Of a stretch of 64,000 nucleotides of DNA, positions 1 through 9,389 are shown one piece after another. The notes beneath the pieces are model-generated. The model was not told the origin of the DNA. It saw only the letters and a program-made list of their open reading frames with translations, and ran no database searches. The position numbers and the translations under genes were made by a program. The stretch is from a virus (Duplodnaviria; Caudoviricetes). Positions within the stretch are counted from its first letter, which is position 1. Each line of letters starts with the position of its first letter. The stretch lies in IMG/VR virus record IMGVR_UViG_3300033144_003431, positions 13,336-77,335 of that record. One strand, given 5' to 3'.

Positions 1-2
1 CA

Positions 3-329
3 GTAACCAAAAAAGAAAACATTGAACGTGGCAACAGTCCGTTTATTGTTAACAAACGAAAAACATATTGTGTGCATGGACATGAGTTTAACGCACAGAA
101 TACACAATTAGACAAGAATGGCGACCGCAGATGTCGTGCTTGTCATAAAAGGAGATCGTTAGAATCACACAAAAGGATTCACGGCAGAAAAGGCAACTAT
201 CATGCACGCAAAACGCATTGCAAACACGGTCATGAATTTACGGTTGACAATACTTACATAACTAAAAATGGCAGCAGAGTTTGCAAGACCTGTAAACGTG
301 CCTATCAAAAACAATGGAGAAATAAATAA
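3..329 (+). CDS. HNH endonuclease, C-terminal part (5' end outside window), with two C-x-HGHEF Zn-binding repeats
   Basis: Frame open from base 3: VTKKENIERG...YCVHGHEF...CRAC...HCKHGHEF...NTY...CKTC; same family as 5596, 32482 and 40585. Confidence 0.8.
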   Translation, partial: VTKKENIERGNSPFIVNKRKTYCVHGHEFNAQNTQLDKNGDRRCRACHKRRSLESHKRIHGRKGNYHARKTHCKHGHEFTVDNTYITKNGSRVCKTCKRAYQKQWRNK

Positions 330-934
330 TGCGTTGTCTCATTTACGATACCGAAACTGGGGGCCTAGACACCGAGAAGCATTCAGTCTTCTCGGTGGGT
401 GCTTTGGTTGGTGACCTTGACACTGGCGAGATCATTGATCAATTTGAAGCCTTTCACCGAAAACCATCTGTGGATGACTATGTGTACACGCCTAAGGCTA
501 TTGAAGTACATGGCATCACTCCGCAAGAGGCTTTCAACCAAGGTATTTCAACCGAAGAGATCTGTGAGAAGTTCACTGATCTATGGTTTAATACTGGAGC
601 CGCCATGCTGGGTGGACACAACGAAGCGAGCTACGATAGGCCGATTATCTCTAAGGATATCTTTGGCTGCTCTAAGCAAAACTTCGAACGTAACTTCACC
701 TATCGTGCCCTTGACTCCCTGCCTGTGATGCGTCTGTTTACTGGGCACGATAATGTAAAGTCTGGTGCTACCTTGACTCAATCTGTTAAGGCTTTGAACA
801 TTGACATGTCTGATTTTGGCAAGAACAAGTTCCACGCCGCTCTGTTTGATGCGGTTGCTAGCTTTCGTATCTTGTATCGCTTCCGTAGTGTGTTCTCGGA
901 CCCGGCGTTTGCCGAAGCGTTGATGAAAGGATGA
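329..934 (+). CDS. DEDDh 3'-5' exonuclease (Pol III epsilon-like)
   Basis: YDTETGG (ExoI), GHNEASYD (ExoII), HAALFDA (ExoIII). Confidence 0.85.
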   Translation: MRCLIYDTETGGLDTEKHSVFSVGALVGDLDTGEIIDQFEAFHRKPSVDDYVYTPKAIEVHGITPQEAFNQGISTEEICEKFTDLWFNTGAAMLGGHNEASYDRPIISKDIFGCSKQNFERNFTYRALDSLPVMRLFTGHDNVKSGATLTQSVKALNIDMSDFGKNKFHAALFDAVASFRILYRFRSVFSDPAFAEALMKG

Positions 935-1131
935 TGGATAACAACAAACAACATCGCGACGAACAGCGTCGTGTTCTACAGCGTGCTGGATGGGTTGCCG
1001 TCCCAGCACTCAAGGACTCTGGTGCCTTCCAGTGGAAGTGGATTCACCAAGACCGCAAGAAGGCATATTCGCGTGAACGTGCTTTTATTATGGCTGCTCG
1101 CGACCTAAAGCGTCAGGGTTTTACGGTATGA
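931..1131 (+). CDS. hypothetical protein
   Basis: ATGA overlap with the upstream gene; fills the operon. Confidence 0.6.
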   Translation: MMDNNKQHRDEQRRVLQRAGWVAVPALKDSGAFQWKWIHQDRKKAYSRERAFIMAARDLKRQGFTV

Positions 1132-1135
1132 AAGT

Positions 1136-1627
1136 ATGGCTAGAAACTACAGGTTTGACAATCGCAGCGAAGAAGAGTTTAAAGAAGACATCAAAAACCA
1201 TACGATGTCAGAACGTACACTGTTTTTCCTGTGGTTAGACCTGATAGAAAAAGACACTGGCAAACGTCCCAAGTTTACGGATACGGGGTGCGGTAACGAT
1301 GGTGAGTTCCTAGAAAACAGTAAGGTCAACACTGACCCCGACTTTACTGTTGAAGGTTACGGTGAGATCGAGGTCAAGTTTTCTAAACCACTGATCAAGA
1401 CTTACTTCCATCTAAAAACCAACCAGATTAAGAACTATTGCACACGTAGGGCCACCATTCTTATGGTGAACGGAGCGGGTGAAGAAACCCCGATGTTCAC
1501 CATGCTTAAGCCAGAAGCCTTGGACGCTATCGTACGAGACTGTAAGGCGATCAACTTCAAGGGGTTTGGTTGGAAGCCAGCATACCGTATTCTTGTTAGC
1601 CGTTTCCTATGGCGACCGCTCAAGTGA
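1136..1627 (+). CDS. putative PD-(D/E)XK nuclease
   Basis: PDF...EIEVK motif. Confidence 0.5.
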   Translation: MARNYRFDNRSEEEFKEDIKNHTMSERTLFFLWLDLIEKDTGKRPKFTDTGCGNDGEFLENSKVNTDPDFTVEGYGEIEVKFSKPLIKTYFHLKTNQIKNYCTRRATILMVNGAGEETPMFTMLKPEALDAIVRDCKAINFKGFGWKPAYRILVSRFLWRPLK

Positions 1628-1687
1628 AACACCGAAGGCACTGAGTAGGGAAATCCCTCACGTCTAACCTCCTCCAATTTTCAGAAA

Positions 1688-2281
1688 ATGCACTTCGATA
1701 TCATTCTACCAACCACAGGTCGTGACTCACTAGTCGCTGCCGTTGAGTCAGTGGTAGGACAAACTCATGAAGATTGGTCCTTGCAGATCTCATGTGATGG
1801 ACAGGTCTTCATGCCGGGAGACGCGATACCCGATCTCGGTCCACGTTTTAAACCTGTCGTTGGTTCGGTGGAGCCACAAGGTGGTTACGGTGGGCCAGCA
1901 CGAAACTTTGGCATCCTTATGAGTCAGGCTGAGTCATGGATTGCGTACATCGATGACGATGACGAGTGGCTACCCAACCACTTGGAGACTCTTGCCAAGT
2001 TGATTGAAGAGAACCCTGGCGTGAATATGGTTCGTACCGCTGGCCAATCGTTTATGATGAAACACAAGTCCCCACGATCAAGCAAGCTAGTCAAAAAGAT
2101 GGGTGCTGTAAATTCAACTGACTTCTTAACGGTTGGCATGGCCCATACACGAGAGGTCTTTGACAAGACGGACGGCTGGCAACCGTGCGACAACCACGAT
2201 CACATGCTCTGGAAACAAATGCTCGCATCCGGCGGCATTGCCGCCGAGACCGACGCAGTAACTTACCACTTTAAACGATGA
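1688..2281 (+). CDS. glycosyltransferase family 2
   Basis: IILPT, ARNFG, AYIDDDD (DxD), WLPNHLE. Confidence 0.85.
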   Translation: MHFDIILPTTGRDSLVAAVESVVGQTHEDWSLQISCDGQVFMPGDAIPDLGPRFKPVVGSVEPQGGYGGPARNFGILMSQAESWIAYIDDDDEWLPNHLETLAKLIEENPGVNMVRTAGQSFMMKHKSPRSSKLVKKMGAVNSTDFLTVGMAHTREVFDKTDGWQPCDNHDHMLWKQMLASGGIAAETDAVTYHFKR

Positions 2282-3534
2282 GAATTATTCAACTACACTC
2301 CGAGAACATCAAACGAGTTCGTGCTATTGATATTACCCCTGATGGTGATATCATTGTGCTTAGTGGTCCGAACGGTGCTGGAAAAAGCTCCGTGCTGGAT
2401 TCTATCTGGCTTGTTTTCGAGTTCAAAGCGGCTAAGAAAAGCAATCCCAACCCTCTACGTGCCGGTGAAGACAAGGGGTTCGTTGAGCTTGATCTAGGGG
2501 AATATATTGTAACCCGTAAGTTCACTCCCTCTGGATCGACGCTCTCAATTCGCACACCTGACGGTAGCACTCTAAAATCTCCACAGAAAATCCTGGACGG
2601 TCTGATTGGTGACCTGAGCTTCGATCCATGGGAGTTTTCTCGCAAGAAAGAGAAAGAACAACGTGAAATGTTGGCTGACGTGCTCTACAGTATCACCGAG
2701 GGTGAGCTAGACCTAGCCAGCTATGACGTACAACATAAAGAAGCGTTCGAGGCACGCAGTAGTCTCAACAAGGACAAAAAGAGACTAACCGCTCTTGTTA
2801 CTCAGATGGCACCCCCTTTGGCTACTGATCCTACGGAAGAAATTTCTGTAGAGGATTTAACTAAGGCTATTACGGATGCCATTACTTCTCAGACGAAAAC
2901 AAATCAATTGACTCTCCAGGATAATGACTTAAAAAATAAAGTTAAAAGACTGGAGCAGGAATTGGAAGAAGCCAACAAAGAACTGACGCTAGTTAAGAAA
3001 GGACTAGAGGACGCTCCCGATGTTCCTGACATTGAGTTTTTGAAGAAAGAACTGGGTGGAATTGAACAGCGAAACAAGCGTGCTCGCGAAGTGATTACGT
3101 ACAATGAAACACGTAAAGATCTGACGAAAGTTGACGAAGGTATTCAGGAACTTAACGACAAAATGGAGCTTATTGGCATCCAGAAGGCGGAAGCACTCGA
3201 ATCTTCGCCACTTCCTGTGAAAAACCTTCGCATCACAGAGGATGGTGTCGTAGTCGTGAATGACGAAGGGCATGAAGTACCTTTTTGTCAGGCTTCGTCC
3301 GCTCAGCAGCTAAGAATCTCGCTGGGTATTGCTATGGCCGCGAACCCCAAGCTCCGCGTGATCCGTATTGCTGACGGGTCACTACTAGACGACAACAGTA
3401 TGGCAATCATTAAGGAAATGGCCGACGACGAAGACTATCAATGTTGGATCGAATACGCCTCTAGAAACGACGCAGATCGCATGGGAGTATACATTGAAGA
3501 CGGTTCTGTGGTAGAGGTGACCCCCAACGCTTAG
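2278..3534 (+). CDS. SMC/RecN/SbcC-like ABC ATPase with coiled coil
   Basis: Walker A SGPNGAGKS, central coiled coil, ASSAQQ signature, IRIADGSLLD Walker B region. Confidence 0.85.
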   Translation: MRIIQLHSENIKRVRAIDITPDGDIIVLSGPNGAGKSSVLDSIWLVFEFKAAKKSNPNPLRAGEDKGFVELDLGEYIVTRKFTPSGSTLSIRTPDGSTLKSPQKILDGLIGDLSFDPWEFSRKKEKEQREMLADVLYSITEGELDLASYDVQHKEAFEARSSLNKDKKRLTALVTQMAPPLATDPTEEISVEDLTKAITDAITSQTKTNQLTLQDNDLKNKVKRLEQELEEANKELTLVKKGLEDAPDVPDIEFLKKELGGIEQRNKRAREVITYNETRKDLTKVDEGIQELNDKMELIGIQKAEALESSPLPVKNLRITEDGVVVVNDEGHEVPFCQASSAQQLRISLGIAMAANPKLRVIRIADGSLLDDNSMAIIKEMADDEDYQCWIEYASRNDADRMGVYIEDGSVVEVTPNA

Positions 3535-3546
3535 TGTAGTGTTATT
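3532..3546 (+). promoter_or_regulatory. TAGTGTA motif, putative phage-sigma promoter
   Basis: TAGTGTAGTGTTATT overlaps the TAG stop of the ATPase gene; GGAGG follows at 3549. Confidence 0.35.
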
Positions 3547-3559
3547 AGGGAGGTCACCC

Positions 3560-3946
3560 ATGATGAGCATAAAATTAGACTGGGAAAAACTTTGTGCGGT
3601 TCACAAGCACCTGCTAGAATTGCCAACGTTAACGGATGAGACAAAAATCATTATCATAATGGTTATGTCTGATTACAAACAAAAGAAATCAGTTGTTAAG
3701 TTTAAAGGCTTTTTAAGATTTCTTTGGTCACTTTCTGAAGATCCAAGACTCAATGTTGTAACACTTGTTGCACAGGATGAAGAAGGTCGTATTCTATATC
3801 GCCACAAAACGATGACTGCTGGCGGTGAAGAGGTTCCGATTGGAGGAAACGAGAACGTAGTAGTGCATTGGAATGCTCTAACCCAATCTGAAAAAGACAC
3901 GTACATTCGACTTATTGTATCACAAATTAATGGACACGAGAGATAA
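3560..3946 (+). CDS. hypothetical protein
   Basis: ATG 3560 preceded by GGAGG. Confidence 0.65.
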   Translation: MMSIKLDWEKLCAVHKHLLELPTLTDETKIIIIMVMSDYKQKKSVVKFKGFLRFLWSLSEDPRLNVVTLVAQDEEGRILYRHKTMTAGGEEVPIGGNENVVVHWNALTQSEKDTYIRLIVSQINGHER

Positions 3947-4466
3947 TAGCCCCCTAAGTTGTATCCCCAAGAACGAGTGGGACGCACTCATTCTTAGCAT
4001 TCTCAAACCTTTCTTCCCTCTGTGTGTTAGAGATACACTCATCACTACGGAAGACCTTCAACAAGAAGCCTGGATCAGTCTACTGATTGCATGTGAGCGA
4101 TACGATAGTCGTAAGGGTAAGTTTGTGACGTTTGCTTACCACTATATTCGTGGGCGTGTTATGAGATACATCTCACGAGTGACACGCAATAAGCCGTATC
4201 AATGTCAAGTAGACAATTACGTTGATATAATGGACGAGAATAAAAGCTACGAAGATACTACGGCAGAACGACAAGACTTCATGAAAACGATTTTTGATCT
4301 TGTGTCTGATCAAAAGCACGTTGAACTGTTGGTCGAACACTTCGTCAACAACAAGTCGTTCCGTCAAATCGCAAAAGAGACAGGCACGTCACATGTTTCG
4401 GTTGCCAATCGCGTCAACAAACTACTCGACGTACTAGAAATGAGGCTTGTCAATGAAAACGCCTAA
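3930..4466 (+). CDS. RNA polymerase sigma-70 family factor
   Basis: Region 2 EDLQQEAWISL...YDSRKGKFVTFAYHYIRG; region 4 HTH SFRQIAKETGTSHVSV. Confidence 0.85.
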   Translation: MDTRDNSPLSCIPKNEWDALILSILKPFFPLCVRDTLITTEDLQQEAWISLLIACERYDSRKGKFVTFAYHYIRGRVMRYISRVTRNKPYQCQVDNYVDIMDENKSYEDTTAERQDFMKTIFDLVSDQKHVELLVEHFVNNKSFRQIAKETGTSHVSVANRVNKLLDVLEMRLVNENA

Positions 4467-4665
4467 AACAATTGAGCTTATCGAGTGTCGTAAGTGTAGC
4501 GGACAATACTTTAGTGGATCTGTTCGCGTAACACTACTTCCTGGAAACGAAAACGAACTACCCGACGAAGTATACGTAATCGTACGTAAAGTAGCCGCTT
4601 GTGCGTCTTGCAAAGAACGAGAAGACCGCACTCAGGGTGGCAGGAGAAAGAAATTTGAGCGTTGA
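4453..4665 (+). CDS. small Zn-finger protein
   Basis: CRKC...CASC. Confidence 0.6.
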   Translation: MKTPKTIELIECRKCSGQYFSGSVRVTLLPGNENELPDEVYVIVRKVAACASCKEREDRTQGGRRKKFER

Positions 4666-5599
4666 ATCCTATGTCTCTATCAGTAACCTAGAACACGGCA
4701 AGGTCTATGACCAAGTGTTCCTCATCGCCAACGTCGTACACAATTCGAAGATGAAAACCAAACAGGGTAAGTCTTTTGCCAGGGTCACACTCAAGGACGT
4801 GACCGGCGAACTTACTGGTAACATTTGGGGCTACCAAGACGAGCTAGAAGAAGGTGGTTATGCCAAGCTCAAGATTGAGCCCAAGACTTACCGCAACGCA
4901 GAAGAGTTCAGTGCTCAGGCGAACCAAATAGAACCAGTCGATGTACCACTGAACCAATTTGATTATGTCAAGGGTGCAAACGATAACATCCTATCGGCGT
5001 ACGCACTAGAAATTGAAGACGAGATCACATCGATTGCTGATCCAGTGTATCGCGACGTAATGTGTAACGCCCTGCACCGTCTCGAACTCATGAGTGCCCT
5101 CAAGGGGTCTCCGTATGGTATCACTGGCCCAATGTCCTATAGGGGCGGGCTGCTAGTACATGTTGCACACTCCATGCGTCTGGCAAAGGTTGCAATCAAT
5201 CAGGCCACTGAGCTAGAGATCCCGTTCAGCCCCTCGCTGGTCGTCGCTGGTTGTGCCCTCCGCAATATCGGGTGGCATACAACTACTCTATTTCAAGGCG
5301 ATCACCTTAGGTCTCGTGACGCACACAAGATGACTGGTATCTATCGTGCGAGTGTTCGTTATATCGACCACCTCATGATGACGTGTGAAAACGATCTTGA
5401 AATCAAAATCTCTGAGTCTAAACGACACGCTCTAGAAAACATCTGTAACAAGCAGTCAGACGTGCTCACGCTTGAAGGCAAGATCGTTGCCTGTGCTGAC
5501 AACATGGCAGACGTACTAGACTTTAGTGTTACTCCTCTACAACGTAAAGCAAACGGGAACTGGAAAGACGACCTGTTTGTTGGGCATCTTGCAAAATGA
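4655..5599 (+). CDS. YhaM/Cbf1-like OB-fold + HD-domain protein, HD motif degenerate
   Basis: TKQGKSF..LKDVTGELTGNIW OB fold; YRGGLLVH; AGCALRNIG in place of LLHDIG; TTG start after CAGGAG. Confidence 0.75.
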   Translation: MSVESYVSISNLEHGKVYDQVFLIANVVHNSKMKTKQGKSFARVTLKDVTGELTGNIWGYQDELEEGGYAKLKIEPKTYRNAEEFSAQANQIEPVDVPLNQFDYVKGANDNILSAYALEIEDEITSIADPVYRDVMCNALHRLELMSALKGSPYGITGPMSYRGGLLVHVAHSMRLAKVAINQATELEIPFSPSLVVAGCALRNIGWHTTTLFQGDHLRSRDAHKMTGIYRASVRYIDHLMMTCENDLEIKISESKRHALENICNKQSDVLTLEGKIVACADNMADVLDFSVTPLQRKANGNWKDDLFVGHLAK

Positions 5600-6009
5600 A
5601 GCTAAGAGTTAATATACATTCCGGCGTGTTCGGAGAAGATGGTCAATACCCAACAGAATGTTGGACTTGGACTGGACGTATCAGTCGTGACGGCTATGGA
5701 TATTACGGTAAAGAATTAGCTCATAGGTGTATGTATAAAATATGGGTTGGAAGAGTGCCTAAAACAAAACATCTTGATCATTTGTGCCGTAACAGATCGT
5801 GTGTAAATCCATTGCATCTTGAAATAGTTACACCAAGAGTCAATATATTACGTGGCATAGGTGCTTGTGCTCAACACAAACGTCAAACACACTGCAAGCA
5901 TGGACACGAATTCAATAAAGACAACACTTACACGAACAACAAGGGACATAGGGTTTGTCGAACGTGTGACAGATCACGTCCCAGGAGACGCCAAAATGCA
6001 AGGGCTTAA
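5596..6009 (+). CDS. HNH homing endonuclease
   Basis: CWTWTG..DGYG, AHR, DHLCRNRSCVNPLHL, HCKHGHEF. Confidence 0.9.
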   Translation: MKLRVNIHSGVFGEDGQYPTECWTWTGRISRDGYGYYGKELAHRCMYKIWVGRVPKTKHLDHLCRNRSCVNPLHLEIVTPRVNILRGIGACAQHKRQTHCKHGHEFNKDNTYTNNKGHRVCRTCDRSRPRRRQNARA

Positions 6010-6595
6010 TGAACTCCAAACTCAAATGGAAAACTGTGGTTCGTGCGATCTCTGTCGCACGAGGCACGCGGTGGTGTTCGGTGAAGGATCTACCGAACCA
6101 CTAATCATGTTTGTGGGTGAAGCCCCCGAAGAGAGTGCAGACACTTCGTTTGTCGGACCTATTGACGATAAACTAAGTAGTATTCTCAAGTATATCGATG
6201 TCTCTCGCGATGAAGTTTACATGACAAATTCTGTTTTGTGCTCTACTCCAAATGGACGTAACCCCAGAGCAGAAGAACTAGAGTCATGTAAATGGCGATT
6301 AGACTTACAGATTAGTCTCCTTAAGCCACGACTAGTTATCTTGTTGGGAAAGATTGCTACTCAACAGCTTCAAAATAAGAAGGTGAAGGGTGCCCTGAGT
6401 CAGTACTTCACTGAGAACCTGACCGATCACGAAGACGGCTGGCTTCGCTACCGTGTTGGTGGTCACGAGGCCAAGGTCATGGTGAGCTATCACCCGAATT
6501 ATCACTTGCGTTCGCCCAAGCGTGCGTACAAAACTACACTGCCACATTGGACGAAGGTCAAGAACTGGGTACAGAATGAACGACAAACTAGATAG
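5996..6595 (+). CDS. uracil-DNA glycosylase family 4 (Fe-S)
   Basis: CGSC, VFGEG, VGEAP, TNSVLC, ESC, LLGKIA, YHP. Confidence 0.85.
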   Translation: MQGLNELQTQMENCGSCDLCRTRHAVVFGEGSTEPLIMFVGEAPEESADTSFVGPIDDKLSSILKYIDVSRDEVYMTNSVLCSTPNGRNPRAEELESCKWRLDLQISLLKPRLVILLGKIATQQLQNKKVKGALSQYFTENLTDHEDGWLRYRVGGHEAKVMVSYHPNYHLRSPKRAYKTTLPHWTKVKNWVQNERQTR

Positions 6596-7382
6596 TATGC
6601 GATACGCGGGCAAGGTGAACGTTGGGGCTATTGAACGCGGCTTCGAAGTTGCCCAGCCTGGAGTGACCACGCGAGAGATTGATGCCGCAATGGAGAGCTT
6701 TATTCGAGAGGCTGGCTGTACGCCTTCCTTTAAAGATTATCAGCCTGACGGATATCCGTCACCTTTTCCGGCGACTGCGTGTATTAGTCCTAATAGCGTG
6801 GTCGTGCATGGTATTCCTGGTGATTATGTTTTAGAGCCAGGAGATCTTCTCACGATTGACGTAGGTACCGAATACAACGGGTGGCATGTGGATGCTGCAC
6901 GAACTCGTATCGTGCCAGGAGTCATGAACGGCATACAAAAGAAGCGATTTTATGAAGCAACTGATCTTATTGAGGCCACGGAGGCAATCCTAGAGGCCCA
7001 GCTATCAGTTGTGAAGAATGAGTGTACTTTTTTACAGATGGTTCTTGCCGCTGAGGCTGCTGCTGATAGATATGGGGTCACAATTATGCCTCAGTGGGGT
7101 GGACACAGTATTGGCGAAAAGGTACACCTTCCTCCTTTTATCCCTAGTGCTATGCACAAGACTGTAAGTAAAATTAAACAAAGCATAGAAGAAAAACGGC
7201 TTGCCAGACAAACTTTAAAAACTGGCCAAACCATTTGTATTGAGCCCGTCGTTACTAAGGGGACAAACGATATCACTATTGACGAAGACGGTTGGACGAT
7301 TAGACAAACGCAGCATTATCTTACGGCTCATACAGAAAGATGCCTGTTAGTTTTAGAAGATGGCTATGAAATTCTATCATAA
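6576..7382 (+). CDS. map: methionine aminopeptidase type I
   Basis: VVHGIP, IDVG, VDAART, GHSIG, H, CIEP, AHTE: metal ligands present. Confidence 0.92.
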   Translation: MNDKLDSMRYAGKVNVGAIERGFEVAQPGVTTREIDAAMESFIREAGCTPSFKDYQPDGYPSPFPATACISPNSVVVHGIPGDYVLEPGDLLTIDVGTEYNGWHVDAARTRIVPGVMNGIQKKRFYEATDLIEATEAILEAQLSVVKNECTFLQMVLAAEAAADRYGVTIMPQWGGHSIGEKVHLPPFIPSAMHKTVSKIKQSIEEKRLARQTLKTGQTICIEPVVTKGTNDITIDEDGWTIRQTQHYLTAHTERCLLVLEDGYEILS

Positions 7383-7394
7383 GTAGAACCTAGC

Positions 7395-7414
7395 TAGTGT
7401 ACTACTTGTATAAC
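7395..7414 (+). promoter_or_regulatory. TAGTGTA motif
   Basis: TAGTGTACTACTTGTATAAC directly before ATG 7415. Confidence 0.35.
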
Positions 7415-7990
7415 ATGGGACGACAGCTACAAAACGACCTCACAAATAAAAGCTTTGGTCAGCTTTATGTTGTACAAAGAACCACTTCTACATCTAGTGC
7501 GATCACATGGGAATGTGTGTGCAAATGTGGCAATAAGACCACCAGAACAACCAGTGGTTTAATACATGCAAAGAGTACACCCAGTTGTGGTTGTTTGGGT
7601 AATCCTAAGAATCGTAAATATGCAACTGCCGCAGAGGCAACTATAGCGGCATTCCAAAGGCGATACCAATACGACGCAAAGAAACGTAATCTCGAATGGT
7701 CCTTAACACCTGATGAGTTTGAGCGTATAATTCTACAAGACTGTTATTACTGTGGTCAGCGGCCAACGCAAAAACAAAACGTCTATAAGAAATATGGTCG
7801 TAACGGTACAAGCTGGATTGATGAAGCTGATACACATGTGAATGGTATAGACAGAATGGATAACGCCATGGGGTACACAAAAACTAATTGCGTCCCTTGT
7901 TGTTCTCAATGTAATTATGCAAAAAGATCAACCCATAAGAATGATTTTTTAAACTGGATCAATAGAGTATATGAACACCAACATGAATGA
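7415..7990 (+). CDS. HNH homing endonuclease
   Basis: DLTNKSFGQL..WECVCKCG..SCGC N-terminus; CYYCG, GIDRMDN, NCVPCCSQCN. Confidence 0.85.
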   Translation: MGRQLQNDLTNKSFGQLYVVQRTTSTSSAITWECVCKCGNKTTRTTSGLIHAKSTPSCGCLGNPKNRKYATAAEATIAAFQRRYQYDAKKRNLEWSLTPDEFERIILQDCYYCGQRPTQKQNVYKKYGRNGTSWIDEADTHVNGIDRMDNAMGYTKTNCVPCCSQCNYAKRSTHKNDFLNWINRVYEHQHE

Positions 7991-8711
7991 AGAGCAAGAC
8001 AAGATTGAAATCATCAAGCTAGGAGATATGGAAGCTGGTATACCTGCCACCGAAGAAGAGTTTGAAGAAGCTGTGACAGAACTACAGCAACCTGTACGCA
8101 ATCCTATTATCACTCCGGGTGGTGATCCTGAGCGTTGGCCGTTGCTTGAAATGGCTTCTCAGCCATGTCAAATCCCTATCACTGCTGCCGATGAGCAGGC
8201 GATCATTGACATGGATGCAATCCTGGACGCATTAGACGAAGAGGCGGCAGGATTAGCCGCTGTACAGATTGGTTTTCCTCATAGGATTTTCTTACTGCGT
8301 AATGGTACAAACGAAGAAGGAAACCCTACCAACAACGTTTATGTTAACCCCAATGTTGTCGCCAAGAGTAAAGCAATCACCAAAGACGGTGAAGCGTGTT
8401 TATCTTTACCCGGTATGGGAGCTTTGGTTCCCCGCCCCAAGAGCGTTACTCTTCAATATTTTGATCTAGACGGTAACGTTCAAGAAGAAACATTTACTGG
8501 TTTTTGGGCTCGTGCAGTTATGCACGAAATGGATCACCTAGATGGTCAGCTTATTAGCAAGTATATTGAAGAACAAATGTCGAAACAGCCTAGTCGCACT
8601 AAGTTTGGCATGCGTATCACCCCTCATCGTACTAAAGTCATTGCACAGAGACGTGCAAAAAACAAATGTGCCCGTGCTTCACGGAAGAATAATCGGGCCA
8701 ACAGGGGGTAA
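7983..8711 (+). CDS. def: peptide deformylase
   Basis: GLAAVQIG, EACLSLPG, HEMDHLDG. Confidence 0.93.
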   Translation: MNEEQDKIEIIKLGDMEAGIPATEEEFEEAVTELQQPVRNPIITPGGDPERWPLLEMASQPCQIPITAADEQAIIDMDAILDALDEEAAGLAAVQIGFPHRIFLLRNGTNEEGNPTNNVYVNPNVVAKSKAITKDGEACLSLPGMGALVPRPKSVTLQYFDLDGNVQEETFTGFWARAVMHEMDHLDGQLISKYIEEQMSKQPSRTKFGMRITPHRTKVIAQRRAKNKCARASRKNNRANRG

Positions 8712-8714
8712 AAC

Positions 8715-9389
8715 GTGCTCAAGAAATTTAACGCACCCACGCCAGTAAAGGGTCAAGAAGAATACGTCAGATGTATGCGAGAAAACGATATCACTATCTG
8801 TACCGGCATTGCTGGTACAGGTAAAACGTTTCTTGCTATTGCCGAAGGCGTAGAAATGATGGAACGTTCTCCAAAACGTGGTGGCATTAAGAGAATCGTA
8901 GTTATCAGACCCTATATCCAATCAAACACAGGTGAAAAGATTGGATCTCTTCCGGGTTCTTTGGAAGAAAAAGTATTGCCGTACGTAGAATCCATTAAGG
9001 ATAACCTGCGTGCTTGTTTTAATAACGAACAAGACATTCAACAACTGATTGCTCAGAAGTTTGAATTTACGGTACTGAGCATGTGCCGTGGACGTTCGTT
9101 CAATAATTGCTTCGTAATTGTTGAGGAAGCACAAAACGTTCCTCTAGATGGCGGAGCCATGAAGATGATCTTGACTCGTATTGGCAAAGGAACCAAGATG
9201 GTTATTGCTGGAGACCTTGATCAGTGTGACATTGATCCATATAATAGTGCCCTTGCGGAAGCTGTTAACGTCTTGGATGATGTTCCGGGTGTTGGTATCG
9301 TAGAAATGGATGACATTGACACCGTGCAACGTAGTAAAATCGTCAAGGAAGTCCTTAAGGCGTATAAGAGACACGAAGAACATGGCTAA
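8715..9389 (+). CDS. phoH: PhoH family ATPase
   Basis: GIAGTGKT, GSLPG, RGRSF, EEAQN, LTRIG, GDLDQCD. Confidence 0.93.
   Translation: MLKKFNAPTPVKGQEEYVRCMRENDITICTGIAGTGKTFLAIAEGVEMMERSPKRGGIKRIVVIRPYIQSNTGEKIGSLPGSLEEKVLPYVESIKDNLRACFNNEQDIQQLIAQKFEFTVLSMCRGRSFNNCFVIVEEAQNVPLDGGAMKMILTRIGKGTKMVIAGDLDQCDIDPYNSALAEAVNVLDDVPGVGIVEMDDIDTVQRSKIVKEVLKAYKRHEEHG

Noticed and set aside
1620-1690. CACCGAAGG...TTTCAG resembling a glycine riboswitch
   Set aside because: The 5' GGAGA element and P1 pairing are missing and the downstream gene is unrelated to glycine
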